This document shows, piece after piece, positions 26,262 through 36,239 of a stretch of 64,000 nt of DNA. A program made the translations under genes and the position numbers. The stretch lies in assembly GCA_949286725.1 (NCBI GenBank), contig CASECZ010000002.1, forward strand, positions 420,632-484,631, given 5' to 3'. The DNA comes from an uncultured Clostridia bacterium. GTDB lineage: Bacteria; Bacillota; Clostridia; Christensenellales; CAG-917. Each line of letters starts with the position of its first letter. The first letter of the stretch is position 1. The notes under the pieces were generated by a model. It made no database searches and was not told the DNA's origin. It was given only the letters and a program-made list of their open reading frames with translations.

Positions 26262-26437
26262 GAGACGACAAGACCAGACTTACGCCCGAAAATCTGCCCG
26301 CGGACGAGCCGTCCAACGAGGCCGAAAAGGCGGCGCGCGAAGCGTTGAAACGCCGCCGCGCGGAAACGCAGAAATTCAAAAAGCAATACTTTGACTATTA
26401 CGACGACGTGAAAATTTCGCATCGCGAGGATTGGTAA
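26258..26437 (+). CDS. 59-aa charged hypothetical protein, translationally coupled on both sides
   Basis: ATGA overlap with the yhbY stop and TAATG overlap with the CDF start. Sequence MRDDKTRLTPENLP..KKQYFDYYDDVKISHREDW. Below the ORF-track cutoff. Confidence 0.5.
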   Translation: MRDDKTRLTPENLPADEPSNEAEKAAREALKRRRAETQKFKKQYFDYYDDVKISHREDW

Positions 26438-27600
26438 TGAAGTGGTTTAAGAAACTGTTCGTAAAGGATTACAAATCTACCGACAAACCCGAGGTAAGGT
26501 TCCGTTACGGAGCGACCGCGGGTATTTTCGGGTTGATTACGAACGCCGTTTTGTTCGGGCTCAAACTCGCCGTCGGTCTCGTCGGCGGCAGCATAACCAT
26601 CATCGCGGACGCGGTCAACAACCTGTCCGACGCGGGCAGCAGCGTTGTCACGCTCGCAGGGTTCAAACTCGCGTCGCGCCCCGCCGACAAGGAACACCCT
26701 TACGGGCACGCGCGTTACGAGTACATAACCGCGCTAGTCATATCCGTCATAATTCTTATTATCGGCGTTCTGCTGTGCAAGTCGTCGGTGGAGAAGATAA
26801 TTTCGCCTTCCGAGGTCACAGTCAACGTCTACACCTACGTTGTTCTCGGAGTGGCAATCGCGCTCAAAATCATTCAGATGCTGGTGTATCTGGATTTCTC
26901 CAAGAGCATCTCGTCCGCCGCACTCAAAGCGTCGGCAATGGACAGTCGCAACGACGTCATCGCAACGTCGGCGGTTCTGATAAGCACCATTGTCATGGGC
27001 GCGGCGCAGGTGAACATCGACGGTTATATGGGCGTCGCGGTGTCGCTGTTCATCGTCGTGTCCAGCGTCAAGTTCATGGCGGAAGCGGCAAATCCGCTCA
27101 TCGGTACGCCTCCTCCCAAGGAACTCGTGGACAAAATCAAGGACATAATCATGTCGCACGACGGCGTCATCGGCATGCACGACCTTGCCGTCCACAATTA
27201 CGGCGAAGGCAGATATTTCGCTGTCGTGCACGTCGAAGTGCCCGCGAAGGTGCCCATTATGATAACGCACGACCTTGTCGACAATATAGAACACGACGTC
27301 GAGCGCGAAACGGGCGCAAGCATCACCATTCACATGGATCCCGTCGACACGGAGGACGAGGAACTGGAAGCGCTGAAAGCACGCGCCGAAAAGGTGCTTG
27401 CAGAAATGGGCGACGGGCTGACCCTGCACGATTTCAGACTGGTGCGCGGCGCGACGCACACCAACGTGCTGTTCGACGTGACGATACCTTTCGACAGCAA
27501 GTACAAGCTCGCCGACGTCACGGGACGCATGCAGGACGAGTTCGACGCCGACGATACCGTTTATTATTTCGTAATCAACGTCGACCGCGCGAGAGTATAG
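26437..27600 (+). CDS. cation diffusion facilitator (CDF) family metal efflux transporter
   Basis: IIADAVNNLSDAGSS (TM2) and the HxxxD-type TM5 region, plus a C-terminal cytoplasmic domain. Confidence 0.85.
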   Translation: MKWFKKLFVKDYKSTDKPEVRFRYGATAGIFGLITNAVLFGLKLAVGLVGGSITIIADAVNNLSDAGSSVVTLAGFKLASRPADKEHPYGHARYEYITALVISVIILIIGVLLCKSSVEKIISPSEVTVNVYTYVVLGVAIALKIIQMLVYLDFSKSISSAALKASAMDSRNDVIATSAVLISTIVMGAAQVNIDGYMGVAVSLFIVVSSVKFMAEAANPLIGTPPPKELVDKIKDIIMSHDGVIGMHDLAVHNYGEGRYFAVVHVEVPAKVPIMITHDLVDNIEHDVERETGASITIHMDPVDTEDEELEALKARAEKVLAEMGDGLTLHDFRLVRGATHTNVLFDVTIPFDSKYKLADVTGRMQDEFDADDTVYYFVINVDRARV

Positions 27601-27651
27601 CGCGGCAGAGTATATTCGGGCGGAATTCCGCCTGCCAAAGAAGAGGATTTT

Positions 27652-29490
27652 ATGATACGTGAAGACCTGAGAAACGTCGCCATCATCGCACACGTCGACC
27701 ACGGCAAAACCACGCTCGTCGACGGTATGCTCCGTCAGGCGGGCACTTTCCGCGACAATCAGCAGGTGCAAACCTGCGTCATGGACAGCGGCGACCTCGA
27801 ACGCGAGAGAGGCATAACCATTCTCGCCAAAAATACTTCCGTGCACTGGAAGAACGTCAAAATCAACATCATCGACACCCCCGGACATGCCGACTTCTCG
27901 GGAGAGGTCGAACGCGTGCTCAAAATGGTCAGCGGCGTGCTGTTGCTCGTCGACGCGGCGGAAGGCCCCATGCCGCAGACCCGTTTCGTCGTCGAAAAGG
28001 CGCTCGAACTGGGACTGAAAATCATCATCGTCGTCAACAAAATCGACCGTCCCGACGCGCGTACGTCCGAAGTGGGCGACGAAGTGCTGGAACTTTTGCT
28101 CGACCTCAACGCCACGGACGAACAGCTTATGAGCCCGATAATCTACTGCTCGGGCAAGAACGCGACCGCAACGCTGGATTACAACGTGCCCGGCAAGGAC
28201 CTGCAACCCCTGTTCGAAACCATACTGAACTACATCGAGCCGCCCGAGGGTGACCCCGACGGTCCGTTGCAGTTGCTCGTGTCCGCAATCGACTACAACG
28301 ATTACGTCGGACGTATCGGCATAGGCAAAATCGAACGCGGAGCCGTCAACGTGGGACAAGAAGTTATGGTGTGCGACTACGAAGGACTGTCGCCGTACAA
28401 AAGCAAGGTTGTCACCCTGTTCCAGATAGAAGGGCTGAAACGCCAGTCCGTCGAAAGGGCGGAAGTAGGCGACATAGTCTGTTTCAGCGGCATTGAAAAC
28501 ATAACGATAGGCAACACGCTTTGCGCGGTCAACAAAATCGAACCCGTGCCCTTCGTCAAAATCGGAGAACCCACGATAGAGATGAACTTCTCCGTCAACG
28601 ACAGCCCCTTCGCGGGCAGAGAGGGCAAGTTTGTGACGTCGCGTCAGCTCCGTGACAGACTGTTCCGCGAACTGTTGAAAGACGTCTCTCTGCGCGTGTA
28701 TCAGACGGACAGCCCCGACACCTTCAAAGTGTGCGGCAGAGGCGAAATGCACCTCAGCATTCTCATAGAAACCATGCGCCGTGAAGGTTACGAGTTCGGC
28801 GTCGGCACTCCGCAGGTCATATTCAGAACCATAAACGGCGTCAAATGCGAGCCTATGGAAAGACTGTTTGTCGACGTGCCCTCCGAATGCGTGGGCTCGG
28901 TCATGGAGCGTATGGGCGTGAGGAAAGGCGAACTTGTTTCGATGAACCCGCACGGCAGCCGTATCAGAATGGAATTCACCATTCCCGCACGCGGACTGTT
29001 CGGTTTCAAAAACGAATTTCTGACGGACACCAAAGGCGAGGGCGTCATGAACCAGCTCTTCGACGGATACGCGCCCTACAAGGGGCCGATAATGCGTAGG
29101 TTCACGGGGTCGCTCGTCGCGTTCGAAACGGGCGAAGCCGCAACTTACGGTCTGTTCAACGCGCAGGACCGCGGCACTCTGTTCATCGACCCGCAGACTC
29201 CCGTCTACGAGGGTATGGTGGTGGGTATGTCCCCGAAAGCCGAGGATATACGCGTCAACGTCTGCAAACGCAAGCATGTCACCAACATGCGTGCGGCGGG
29301 GTCGGACGAAGCGTTGCGCCTCGTCACGCCCAGGAAGTTCAGCCTGGAAGAAAGTCTGGAATTCATCAACGACGACGAAATGTTGGAAGTCACGCCCAAG
29401 AATATCCGCATTCGCAAAGTGGTGCTGTCGGGCAGTATGCGTATGAAAATGCTGTCCAAGGAAAAGGAAGAAAAACAGCAGGAAAAATAA
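27652..29490 (+). CDS. typA: translational GTPase TypA/BipA
   Basis: AHVDHGKTTLVD, DTPGHADF, NKID G-motifs. 612 aa with the EF-G-like domain order. Confidence 0.95.
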   Translation: MIREDLRNVAIIAHVDHGKTTLVDGMLRQAGTFRDNQQVQTCVMDSGDLERERGITILAKNTSVHWKNVKINIIDTPGHADFSGEVERVLKMVSGVLLLVDAAEGPMPQTRFVVEKALELGLKIIIVVNKIDRPDARTSEVGDEVLELLLDLNATDEQLMSPIIYCSGKNATATLDYNVPGKDLQPLFETILNYIEPPEGDPDGPLQLLVSAIDYNDYVGRIGIGKIERGAVNVGQEVMVCDYEGLSPYKSKVVTLFQIEGLKRQSVERAEVGDIVCFSGIENITIGNTLCAVNKIEPVPFVKIGEPTIEMNFSVNDSPFAGREGKFVTSRQLRDRLFRELLKDVSLRVYQTDSPDTFKVCGRGEMHLSILIETMRREGYEFGVGTPQVIFRTINGVKCEPMERLFVDVPSECVGSVMERMGVRKGELVSMNPHGSRIRMEFTIPARGLFGFKNEFLTDTKGEGVMNQLFDGYAPYKGPIMRRFTGSLVAFETGEAATYGLFNAQDRGTLFIDPQTPVYEGMVVGMSPKAEDIRVNVCKRKHVTNMRAAGSDEALRLVTPRKFSLEESLEFINDDEMLEVTPKNIRIRKVVLSGSMRMKMLSKEKEEKQQEK

Positions 29491-29555
29491 CCGCGAGAGC
29501 GGCGCCGCAATGTGCGGATTGTCCGAACATTGCGGTTATATAAGCAAAACGTATG

Positions 29556-29590
29556 AATAAACGCCGCATTTCGCGGCGTTTATTGTTTTG
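29556..29590. terminator. bidirectional rho-independent terminator
   Basis: AATAAACGCCGC-ATTTC-GCGGCGTTTATT between convergent genes. Confidence 0.8.
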
Positions 29591-29671
29591 TAGCTGTGAT
29601 TTTGCCGCGGCTTTTCTGTGTGTTCGGCGTTTTGACTTCGCACTTCGTCCGCATTCCGCACTTCGCCCGCG

Positions 29672-31306
29672 TCAATGGCGGACGTTTGTTTTCACGAGTT
29701 GCAGCAATTCTTCCGCCGAGACGAGTTCGATATGTTCGTCGAGCAGGGATACGAAATAGTCCACGTCCGCAATCGTCATCGACCACGGGTGAATGTTGAT
29801 GTAGGAATATCCGTTTTCCGACGTCGGGTCGGTGGGCAACGAGTTGATTTCGTCCGCAACACCTTGCAGCCACTCGGACATCGGCTGTCCGTCGTCCGAC
29901 GAGTACCACAGCGATTTCCTGACGCTGATGAAGGGCTTGTCGCCGCACCACACGATTTTGCCGTTCAAAGACTGATACCTGTCGGCAATCTGCATGAATC
30001 CGCCTTGCAGACCGTCGATGTCGGCGTACGTCTTCATGGCTCTTTTGAGCTTGAACGTCGAGGTGCTGTTGTCGAGTATCGCAAGGGTGGACAGCCCCGC
30101 GTAACCCATGGCTTCGACGGATTTGCGGGCAAAATCTTTGAGATATCCCCGCGGGTATGCCGTGGGATTGATGTAACCCATACCCGATACGCCGCTTATG
30201 AAGGAGTCGTTCGGGTTGGCGTTGGCGTAAAGGTATTTCAACGCTTCGGGCGCAAGTTTCGCCATAAGCGGGGGCACCGTCCACGTCATTCTGTAATCGA
30301 ACGCGGAATTCTGTCTGTCGATGTAGTGGTGCGTGAAGGGCAGGTTCTGACACCATTGCAGGTTGTCGCCGTCGCTCATAATCAGTGCGACGTAGTGTTT
30401 TGACCCGTCGGGGGTTATGTCCCTCTGTGCGTATTTCTGTCGGAAGGGGGTGTCGCGGTTGCAGCCCGCAAGATAGCTCAGGTTGGAACTGTGGTCGGAC
30501 GCGATGATGAAAAGCCCGTTTTCGCTGGCTTGTTCCACATAGCCCAGTTCGTCCGTACTCCACCCGAGGACGGGGGCGTTCAGGTTCGCCCAGGAATAGA
30601 CCTTTTGTCGGAAGTCGAAAGCCTGTTGGCTGTTCTCGTCGGTGTAGAAGCAGAACGCCGACGTCGCTATGCCGTAGTCGCGCAGAGTGACGAGGTCGGG
30701 GCTTTGGTGAATTATCACGTTCTTGTTGAGGACGTCCTTGTAGCGGTCGAAAAGAGAGGAGTACGTGTGAACGTAACTGCCGTCGGCGTTTTTCGCCGTC
30801 ATATCCGCTTTGAGCACAAGCCCGTACAGTTGCGCCTCGTCCTGTGCCGATTTCGGGACGGACAGCCACTTCTCCACGCCCGATACCGTGGCGGCGGTGT
30901 TGATTGTGAAGCTGCCCGCGGTTTCGAAAAGGACGTAACCGTCGTCGGCGAGACAGTCTCTGCACGCGTCTATCAGTTCCCACGGGTCGGAAAATTCCGT
31001 TACCGCTATGTTGTGGTCGGCGACGAACCCTTCGACGTAAACGTAATTGTCGGAATTTTCAATGTAAATTTTCGACTCCGTCTGCGCGACGATGCCTTGC
31101 AACGATACGACCATCGCGTACTCGTCGTCGGAGAGTACGCTGCCGTCGATTATGTAGATTTCACTTTCGGAAGCTTTGAGAACGGGCAGAACGGATACGT
31201 CTCTGTTCACCAGCAACGCCAGCGCCGCAATCGACGTCGCGGCGGCAAGCAGAAAGAGCAGAAGCAATGCCAGACATACGGCTTTTTGTGCCTTTTCGAT
31301 ATTCAT
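29672..31306 (-). CDS. membrane-anchored GxGYxYP-like putative glycoside hydrolase
   Basis: N-terminal TM anchor. Contains GMGYINP, close to the GxGYxYP family motif. The start was chosen at MNIEKAQK. Confidence 0.6.
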   Translation of the reverse strand: MNIEKAQKAVCLALLLLFLLAAATSIAALALLVNRDVSVLPVLKASESEIYIIDGSVLSDDEYAMVVSLQGIVAQTESKIYIENSDNYVYVEGFVADHNIAVTEFSDPWELIDACRDCLADDGYVLFETAGSFTINTAATVSGVEKWLSVPKSAQDEAQLYGLVLKADMTAKNADGSYVHTYSSLFDRYKDVLNKNVIIHQSPDLVTLRDYGIATSAFCFYTDENSQQAFDFRQKVYSWANLNAPVLGWSTDELGYVEQASENGLFIIASDHSSNLSYLAGCNRDTPFRQKYAQRDITPDGSKHYVALIMSDGDNLQWCQNLPFTHHYIDRQNSAFDYRMTWTVPPLMAKLAPEALKYLYANANPNDSFISGVSGMGYINPTAYPRGYLKDFARKSVEAMGYAGLSTLAILDNSTSTFKLKRAMKTYADIDGLQGGFMQIADRYQSLNGKIVWCGDKPFISVRKSLWYSSDDGQPMSEWLQGVADEINSLPTDPTSENGYSYINIHPWSMTIADVDYFVSLLDEHIELVSAEELLQLVKTNVRH

Positions 31307-31370
31307 TTTCACACCATCGCAAACGGAGTTGCCCGTCGGCGTTCCGCCCTCGGGACGGGGGTGCGACGGG

Positions 31371-31889
31371 TCATTTTTCTTTTTTGGGTTCGGGCAGAGC
31401 GCATCCGCAGTAGGGGCATTTGGCGCCTTTGCCGAAGCTTGTGACATACGCGCCGCAATGGCTGCATTCGACGGAATATTCCTTGGGACCGAGTGCGACG
31501 TTTTCGTTGAGGACGACGCTGTCGCCTTCGAGCAGATAGCCCGTAAGGTATCCTTTTTGCATGCACTCTCTCAGTGCGGCGGAAGCCTCTTTTTCCGAGA
31601 CGTTGAGCCTTACCGCAAGTTCCTTCACGGTGTAGAGATGTTCCTCGTTTACCGCACGGACGATGTTTGCGCGGCGGGATGCCGCTCCCACCTGCACCCA
31701 CGCCACGGGAGTGCCGTAAAAGCCGAGCACGACAAACACTATGCCGATGACCAGCATCGCCACGAAGCCGCCGTTTTGGTGCAGGCGCGTCGCGCCGACA
31801 ATCAGTATCGGTAAGCCCGCAACGAACATTATCGAGAGGACGATGGCGATGATTTTACGTTTTTCGAGGTCTGCAAGAGCCTGTTTCAT
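31371..31889 (-). CDS. hypothetical membrane protein with winged-helix-like and C-terminal zinc-ribbon segments
   Basis: Two TM helices, then ..YTVKELAVRLNVSEKEASAALREC.., then CSHCG..CPYCG. AAGGTGGA RBS. Confidence 0.6.
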   Translation of the reverse strand: MKQALADLEKRKIIAIVLSIMFVAGLPILIVGATRLHQNGGFVAMLVIGIVFVVLGFYGTPVAWVQVGAASRRANIVRAVNEEHLYTVKELAVRLNVSEKEASAALRECMQKGYLTGYLLEGDSVVLNENVALGPKEYSVECSHCGAYVTSFGKGAKCPYCGCALPEPKKEK

Positions 31890-31905
31890 AGTCCACCTTT
31901 GCCTT

Positions 31906-33465
31906 TTAGGCGTAAATTACGTATTGAGCCAGCATCAGTATGCCGATTGTGGCGAGAAGAAGCGTAAACTGGATTCTGCCGCTCCATCTGAACCACTTGG
32001 GGTAGTTGACCGTCGTCATGCCGAGAATGAGCAGCAGACCCGCATTGGTGGGCAGCAGGACGTTGGCGAACCCGTCGCCGAAGGAGAACGCGAGCACCGC
32101 GACCTGTCCGTCAACGCCGAGTTGCGAGCACATCGCGCCTATCATCGGCATCAACAGGAATGCCTTTGCCGAGCCCGACGGAATGAACATTTCGAATATG
32201 AAGATGACAAGGTATATCAGAAGAATTATGACCGCGGGGGACTGACCTTTGCAAGCCTCGATGACGTTGTAGAGTATGGTGTCCATCACGTTGCCCGCTT
32301 CCATTATGTAGCGCACGCCGCTCGCAATCAGTATCATCGCGACGGCGGGCAACAGGGTCAGAAGTCCTTTGCCCAGTTGGCGGAAAAGTTCCTTGCCTTT
32401 CAGACCGCACATGAGGCAGGCGCCTATGCCCGCTATCACGTATATCGCAACGGTTATGTACAGCACGTAGTCGGCAAGAGAGAAGTCGCCGAGGGCGGGT
32501 ATGTAGTGCGGTTGTATGAATATGGAAAGCACGGCGAAGAATACGACGACGAGCATCCAGCAGGCGAACCATTTGAGAGCCTTGGATTTGCCTGCGTCGT
32601 AGACGAACTGCGCCGCGCGGAAGTCGAAGCCGTGTTTTTTGTGGGTGTCTTCGAGATAGACGAGGGATTTCTGCGGGCGTTTCTCTATTTTTCTGGCGTA
32701 CGGGAAGACGAAAGCCATGAGGATGAGATACGCAACGACGAAGGTCAGAAGGCGCATGGAAATGCCCGAGAACATCGGCAGACCGATGAGGTTCTGGGAT
32801 ATGCCGACCGTAAAGGGATTGACCACGCCCGCCGCAAAGCCGAAACAGGCGGCGAGGACGGATATGCCAAGCCCCGTCAGCGCGTCCCAGCCGAAGGCGT
32901 AACACAACAGAACGACGACGGGCACGAGGGGTATCAGTTCCTCGAACATTCCCGCCGACGAGCCCAGGAACATGAACGCGAAGGGCAGGACGAAAAGCAG
33001 AACGTATTTGCGCGACGAAAACCTGTTGCGCAGTGCTTCGACCATATAGATGAGCACTCCCGTGTTGTCGAGGGCGGTGAACACCGCGCCTATGACGAGC
33101 AGCAGGGCTATCAGCGCCCACACCATGAGCGCGCCGTCCTGCGCGGGGTCGAGCACGAGGAAGGGCGCGAAAATCGCCTGCCACCATTGCAGGGAGGGCA
33201 GGTCGGGATTCTCGGCGTAGGAATCGGGCACGAGTTGCGTGTTGCCGTCGGCGTCGATTGTGCGTTGGTATTCGCCGCGGGGAAGCACTTGCGTGAGAGT
33301 TATCGCCGCAAGCACGAGAACAAGCACTATGACAATCGAAATGATGATTGCCTTCTTTGAAATTTCAATTGTTTTCGGCGGGGCTTTCGCGTCGCCTTCG
33401 CGCACAAACGGCGCGGGATTTTTGCGAACAAACCCCTCGAAAATTCCGCTCTCTGTATTCAACAT
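31906..33465 (-). CDS. YfcC-family (DcuC/AbgT-like fold) transporter
   Basis: 519 aa polytopic protein with sequence typical of YfcC-family putative amino-acid/C4 carriers. Confidence 0.75.
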   Translation of the reverse strand: MLNTESGIFEGFVRKNPAPFVREGDAKAPPKTIEISKKAIIISIVIVLVLVLAAITLTQVLPRGEYQRTIDADGNTQLVPDSYAENPDLPSLQWWQAIFAPFLVLDPAQDGALMVWALIALLLVIGAVFTALDNTGVLIYMVEALRNRFSSRKYVLLFVLPFAFMFLGSSAGMFEELIPLVPVVVLLCYAFGWDALTGLGISVLAACFGFAAGVVNPFTVGISQNLIGLPMFSGISMRLLTFVVAYLILMAFVFPYARKIEKRPQKSLVYLEDTHKKHGFDFRAAQFVYDAGKSKALKWFACWMLVVVFFAVLSIFIQPHYIPALGDFSLADYVLYITVAIYVIAGIGACLMCGLKGKELFRQLGKGLLTLLPAVAMILIASGVRYIMEAGNVMDTILYNVIEACKGQSPAVIILLIYLVIFIFEMFIPSGSAKAFLLMPMIGAMCSQLGVDGQVAVLAFSFGDGFANVLLPTNAGLLLILGMTTVNYPKWFRWSGRIQFTLLLATIGILMLAQYVIYA

Positions 33466-33655
33466 ATTTTTATATTAAAATAAAAGACATTCAAAATCAA
33501 GGTTATGCCGCTCGATTTTTAAGTATTTTTTAAGGCTGCATACCTTACTTTCCCCGCCGAATGCCGTCTGCGCGCGGCGCGCGCGTCCCTGCGCCGCATA
33601 AAAAAACAAAACCGCAAAGTGCGGTTTTGTCCGACGGTACGTGTCTTGAACGCGA

Positions 33656-36067
33656 TTACACCGCCACCTGTTTTTTCAGGCGCTTGTTCAGCGAAAGGTC
33701 GATTTTTGTGTGCACGTTCCGCGTCGTTACGCTGAGTAACGTATATATTGCCGTCATAACCGCAGCGATTGCCGAAAGCGCCTTTATCATTTCCGTAGTG
33801 ACGTTGTGTTCGATGCCGAAGAAGTCCAGTAGGAAAGGAACGTCGACAAGATAGCACCCAACGAATATGCCGACCATCAGAACAAAGACTATCCCGTGCA
33901 GCCAGTTGAAGGGCAGGCACACGCGGAAGAGGTACATCAGACCTATGAACATCGTGATGATGACGTACATCGTGCGCAGTTGCTCGATGGGCAGATTGAG
34001 GAAGTACTTTTGCGCAATTATGACTGCCGCCGCACCCAGCATTACCGTTACGCCGCCGGGTATCGCCATGCACAGCACTTTGGTGAGGAAACGCCCCTTG
34101 ACCAGTTCGTCGTTGGGCTCCAGCGCTATGACTATGGAAGGCATTCCGATTGTCAGCCCGCCGATGAAAGTGAGGTTCTTGGGTTCGAAGGGCAGGGGTT
34201 GATTGACAATCATGAACAGTATGGCGAGCAGGACGTTGTACACCGTCTTCATGATGTACAGCGACGCGCTGCGTTCGAGGTTGTTTATGCTGCGTCTGCC
34301 CTCGGCGACAATGCGGGGCATGGCAGAGAAGTTGGAGTCCATCAGCACGAGGGAGCTGACGTTCTTTGCCGCGTCGGAGCCAGACGCCATTGCCACGGAG
34401 CAGTCCGCCTCTTTGAGGGCGAGCACGTCGTTGACGCCGTCGCCCGTCATAGCAACCGTGTTGCCCGCGGCTTTGAGAGCCTTGACAAGTTGCAGTTTCT
34501 GGTCGGGAAGCACGCGTCCGAAAATCGTGTATTTCGTCGCGGCGGCGGCGACTTCCTCCTCCGTGGACAGAGTGGACATGTCGATGACGCTGTCGCAGTT
34601 TTCCAGACCTGCGCGCAGTGCCACCGCCCGCACCGTCGCGGGGTTGTCGCCGGATATGATTTTGACGTCGACGCCCTGTTTGCGGAAGAAGGCGAGAGTG
34701 TCGGGAGCCTCGGCGCGAATTTTGTCGGTGATGAACACAAATCCCTCAAAACGCAGTTCAGACGGCAGTTTCGAGTTGTTGAAGTCGGCTTTCGAGGAAA
34801 CGAGCGCGAGCACGCGATAGCCTTTTTCCGCCATTTCCGCGGCGTATGCGTGTTCGGGAGTGTCGCCGTGACCGAGCGTGAACTCCACCGCGCCGAGGGC
34901 ATAACTCACGCCGTTTATTCTGGCTCCGCTCCATTTTCTCGCCGAGGAGAAGGGCACGGTGACGTCCGCCACGTCGCGCACTTGCAGGCCTTCGAGGTAC
35001 AGCGCGAGAGCCTGCGCCGTCGCGTTTTCGTCGCCGATTGCCGTGACGACGTCTTTGAGTATCTGACGGAATTCGGCCTCGTCAAGGTTTTCACGCGGCG
35101 ATAAGCCGTTGACTTCCATCGAGCCTTCCGTGATGGTGCCCGTCTTGTCGAGGCAGAGCACGTTGACGCGGGCGAGCGTTTCGACGCAGTACAGGTCCTG
35201 CGCTATGGTCTTGTGTTTGGAAAGGCGGATTACGCTTATGCAGAACACGGTGGAAGCGAGCGCAACGAGCCCCGAGGGTATCATGCCGATTACGGAGGCT
35301 ATCGTGGTGATCGCGGTGTCGTTGAGGTCCTTGAATCCGCTTGCGAAATATTTGATGCAGAAGAGGGCGATGCCCACGGGCAGAATGACGAAGGACATTA
35401 TCTTGACTATCCACATAAGGGAGCGCCAGATTTCGGACGTCGGTTTCTTGAAATACTTTGCGCCCGCCGAAATCTTCATCACGAAGTTGTCCATTCCGAT
35501 GTGTTCCACCTGGCACTTCGCTTTGCCCGAAACGACGAAACTGCCCGACATCACGTGGTCGCCCGCCGTTTTGAGAATGGCGTCGGGTTCGCCCGTTATG
35601 AGCGACTCGTTGACTTCGCAGCTGCCTTCCACGATGACGCCGTCGGCGCATATCTGTCTGCCTGCCGCAAGTTCCGTTATGTCGTCGAGCACTATTTGTT
35701 CGATGGCGATTTCCTCCGCCTTGCCGTCACGTATGACGGTGGCTTTGGGGGCGGAGAGCAGGGCGAGCCTGTCCATCGTGCGTTTGGCGCGCAGTTCCTG
35801 GAAGATGCCCACCGCGGTGTTGAAAACGATGAGTATCATAAAGCCGAAATTGCCCAGTCCGCCTATGCCTTTGGGAACGAAGAATGCGAGAATGACCGCA
35901 AGTACGACGAAAACGAAGTTGAAGAAGGTGAGAATGTTGGAACGCAGAATCTGCGCCACGCTTTTGGTGCGCACGGTTTGTTCGCCGTTGATTTTGCCTT
36001 CTTTGACGCGTTCTTCGACTTCCTGCGAAGTGAGACCGACGTCGGGAGGGGTGATGTGTTCCGACAT
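33656..36067 (-). CDS. cation-translocating P-type ATPase (P2-like)
   Basis: DKTGTITEG phosphorylation site, TGDN-like ISGDNP, GDGVNDVLALKEADCSVAM hinge. 803 aa. A terminator hairpin plus T7 lies downstream at about 33603-33640 (minus strand). Confidence 0.9.
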   Translation of the reverse strand: MSEHITPPDVGLTSQEVEERVKEGKINGEQTVRTKSVAQILRSNILTFFNFVFVVLAVILAFFVPKGIGGLGNFGFMILIVFNTAVGIFQELRAKRTMDRLALLSAPKATVIRDGKAEEIAIEQIVLDDITELAAGRQICADGVIVEGSCEVNESLITGEPDAILKTAGDHVMSGSFVVSGKAKCQVEHIGMDNFVMKISAGAKYFKKPTSEIWRSLMWIVKIMSFVILPVGIALFCIKYFASGFKDLNDTAITTIASVIGMIPSGLVALASTVFCISVIRLSKHKTIAQDLYCVETLARVNVLCLDKTGTITEGSMEVNGLSPRENLDEAEFRQILKDVVTAIGDENATAQALALYLEGLQVRDVADVTVPFSSARKWSGARINGVSYALGAVEFTLGHGDTPEHAYAAEMAEKGYRVLALVSSKADFNNSKLPSELRFEGFVFITDKIRAEAPDTLAFFRKQGVDVKIISGDNPATVRAVALRAGLENCDSVIDMSTLSTEEEVAAAATKYTIFGRVLPDQKLQLVKALKAAGNTVAMTGDGVNDVLALKEADCSVAMASGSDAAKNVSSLVLMDSNFSAMPRIVAEGRRSINNLERSASLYIMKTVYNVLLAILFMIVNQPLPFEPKNLTFIGGLTIGMPSIVIALEPNDELVKGRFLTKVLCMAIPGGVTVMLGAAAVIIAQKYFLNLPIEQLRTMYVIITMFIGLMYLFRVCLPFNWLHGIVFVLMVGIFVGCYLVDVPFLLDFFGIEHNVTTEMIKALSAIAAVMTAIYTLLSVTTRNVHTKIDLSLNKRLKKQVAV

Positions 36068-36239
36068 TGTCCACCAGATTTTCTTAATAAAATCAATATA
36101 TCATAAACGTGCGGCGGGCGCAAGAAAAATAAACCATGCGACCGCCTCCGATTTCGGGAAGGCGGCCGCGGGTTCGAAGCGGGAAAATATAATAGCGTTT
36201 GCGTGCATAGCGCGCGCTACGCGCAGGCGCGACGCGCGT

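Noticed and set aside
26734-29277. 847-aa ORF on the minus strand opposite the CDF and typA genes. Similar long antisense ORFs occur at 20867-22894, 59853-61991, 6362-7900, 37629-39167, 39230-40768, 49644-51041 and elsewhere.
   Set aside because: Each lies antisense to a gene with unmistakable family motifs. Their translations are low-complexity (rich in R/H/V/D/G) with no recognisable domains or RBS. These are typical shadow ORFs of GC-rich coding DNA.
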